From Octopus sinensis (taxonomy: Eukaryota), in NCBI RefSeq assembly GCF_006345805.1, contig NW_021833871.1, positions 1-61,515 on the forward strand: DNA of 61,515 nt, in the 5' to 3' direction. Below are positions 58,659-61,515 of this stretch, piece after piece. The notes under the pieces were generated by a model that worked only from the letters and a program-made list of their open reading frames with translations, had not been told where the DNA came from and did no database searches. A program made the translations under genes and the position numbers. Positions within the stretch are counted from its first letter, which is position 1. The number at the start of each line of letters is the position of its first letter.

Positions 58659-59970
58659 CGTACACAAATATATACTATATTATATATATATATATATATA
58701 TAACATATAAGAGGAATCAACACTAGGTGGATTCCTAATATGCTAGAGGAAAACCCAATATGGCCAATATGGTCTGACCATTGAGAAAAAATTGTTCTCA
58801 AGAAATTTCGGCAAACGCTGGAACGTAAAGCCTGCAAGACAATTGAACTATGGTGATAAGCCATATAACTAGGTTTCATTGTTACCATTTATATTAAGTA
58901 ATTATCCGCAAATCATCAGCGTGATCGTCATGGAAAATATAATTTACAGAACTATACACGAGACATCCTCACAAGAGAGGACATTTATACAGTTCTACCG
59001 CTTATATTTGTGGGTATATTTCGAATGCATGCATTACATGTGTATATAGATATATTCACGTCAAATTTTGGCCAGCAACTTCCGGTTAGTTGGTTAATCG
59101 ATTAAATCTACCCGAGTACTCAGCTGGTTCTTATTTCATCGACTGTGAAAAGATGAACGGCAAAGTCTACCTCGGCGAAATTTGCACTCTTTACACCCTC
59201 TTTCTCATCATAGCTGTTCCACTCAGTATTAGTGACAAAGTCCACCGCACACAAACTTTCATTAAGTCATACGTCTGCTTGCATTCATTTTACCTTCCAT
59301 CTTGTTTTCTTCAGGCTGACAGCTGCCTTTTTCTTAAATTATTTCATCATTATTTCTACAACTTCTCCCTTCCCATGGTGTTGTCTTAATAATAACAACA
59401 TTGCCAAATTGCTTTCGACCATTATGGCAGTTAAACAGGATTGACTGGAAAATGTTTTATCATATTTCGCCATGATTTACGTCAATTTATCGCAGTTGGG
59501 TGCTGAACAGGATTCGATCAAATCTTAGGAAATTATTCTAGTTAAATAAACCAATAATCTAATGCGAGTCGTATGTAAGTACTCCGTGTTACGGAATCTT
59601 ATACGATTATATCCTGGATGTACACACAGACACAGACACACACACACACACATATATATATATATGGACGAAATTTACAGAAAAACAAAAGATGAAGATA
59701 GATGTATTAGTTTGACGCTCTTCAATAGAAAGGAATAAGAGAAAACAAACAGAGAGAGAAAAAAACTTGTGGTTTTAGCGATATATATATATATATATAT
59801 TATATATATCTATATATAATATATGCATATATGTATATACATACATATATATAACATATATATATACATATATTATATATATGCATATTGACATATATAT
59901 TATAGATATATATATATATATATATATGCATATATATATACATACATATATATATATATTACATATATAT

Positions 59971-60032
<62 letters not shown>

Positions 60033-60053
60033 TATGCATATATGTATATACTC

Positions 60054-60084
<31 letters not shown>

Positions 60085-61300
60085 GAAATATAGATATATG
60101 CATATATGTATATACCTACATATATACATATATATAATATATATAATAGATGACTATATATAATTACTTGTGGTTTTAGCGATATATACACCCATACACA
60201 CACATATATATATGCATATATGTATATACATATACATACACACACACACACACAACGCACACACATATATATAATATATATATATATCTATATATATAAG
60301 AGAGAGAGAGAGAGAGATAGAGAGAAATCTACAGATAGATTGATATATAGACAGAGAGACAGATCGATAGTGAGATAGATAAACTGTTCATATTTCGAAC
60401 GTGACGAAGGCTTCGTCGCTTATAATGTACTTATACCGTTCCATGGCTATACACGACAAACATCCATTCATATAAAACGCCCACACATCCTCATATATAT
60501 ACGTATGTGATTGAATGTATGTGTGTATGTGCATCTATTTGTGTGTGTGTGTGTACGCGCCTAAACTCTGGTATTGTGAGACGCCAGTATTTATTTAATA
60601 AGGTAATAACTGGAAGCGATCAGAAACAGATGACGCAATACATTATCATATTATGCCTACATAATGGCGGTTTATATTTTATTCATTTAAATTATTGATT
60701 TCATCATTTTTACACTGAATTTACACAGCAGACATGATATAGACATATTATTTTTGGAACACCGTGAATATGAAAAAGCACAATTACCTGCTTACAAAAC
60801 TTGAGATTGTTCTCTGGGAATATTGGAATATTGGAATATTCAATCTTAACAGATTCTATTAACTACGATCAGTCACTTGAAATGCCGGATGATTTAGTAG
60901 CGCGTATCTGAGTTTCGGATTGTCTGTTTAGCAGAGTCGAGTAGGCAGAGGAGCTCTCACGGCTGTTCGGCATTCAGTTCAGCGGAGCATTCAATCCAGG
61001 ATAAGTACGTACATACATACGTACATACATACATACATACACACATACATGTATACACGCACACAGACACAGACACACACACACAGACAAGCACCACCCA
61101 CACACATGTATATATGCACCGTATGAAGGAACAAGCCTTAGCACTTTCCATAGAGAATTTCATATCTGCCTGGATATTATATTCCTCCACTGACTATGAT
61201 ATATATATATATATAGATATGTTTGTGTGTGTGTGTTGTGTGTGAGGTGTGTGTGTATGTATATATATATTAATAATATATTATATATATATATATATAT

Positions 61301-61508
61301 AGTTAATCCAAACATGAAAACACAAAGAGAAAACACAACAACGCGAGGACGTGGAACAAATAGTATTATGGACGCTCAGGAAATAAGGAAGAAGGAGGGT
61401 TTCACGTTTTCGAGCGGAGCTCTTCGTCGGCAACATAGGAGAAGGAAAGATCCAGAGAAGGGAAGACAAAGGAAACAAAATCGCCAACGGTACACACGCG
61501 GTCACATT
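61301..61508 (-). mobile_element. Second copy of the 23574-23782 repeat, with a decayed hammerhead-like motif
   Basis: Minus strand cctatgttgccgacgaagagctccgctcgaaaacgtgaaaccctcc; abuts (TA)n. Confidence 0.75.
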
Positions 61509-61515
61509 ATATATA

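Noticed and set aside
58652-58888. 78-aa minus-strand ORF MVTMKPSYMAYHH... in non-repetitive sequence; also 41054-41284
   Set aside because: No recognisable homology or convincing exon boundaries.

Overview
AT-rich, repeat-saturated eukaryotic DNA with no recognisable host protein-coding gene. The SINE, LINE and microsatellite repertoire looks like an octopod cephalopod (Octopus sp.; inference from my recognition of the repeat families, not from a search). Every long ORF in the track is either a translated microsatellite or a retroelement/transposase remnant. Supported content: at least four tRNA-derived SINE families (three copies with 10-16 bp TSDs, one nested inside another SINE); CR1/L2-type LINE 3' ends whose tail matches one SINE family; five R4/Dong-type fragments (RT with YMDD; CCHC plus RLE); a Penelope-like RT fragment; a decayed pogo transposase; a Helitron; a Helentron-type HINE; and MITEs. 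The most interesting signal is a set of hammerhead-ribozyme (HHR) motifs in several small repeats. One is a structurally complete type I HHR at 23907-23957, in a ~77 bp island inside (TA)n. Two more lie in the arms of a 460 bp fold-back at 43306-43765, and decayed relatives occur at 23.65, 27.46, 29.6, 47.0 and 61.4 kb. A second theme is retroelements partitioned by microsatellite type: (TAA)n, (GATA)n and (TA)n. A speculative three-exon 64-aa ORF (50186-56832, +) is flagged at low confidence. All alignments and folds were done by eye; no database search or folding program was run.
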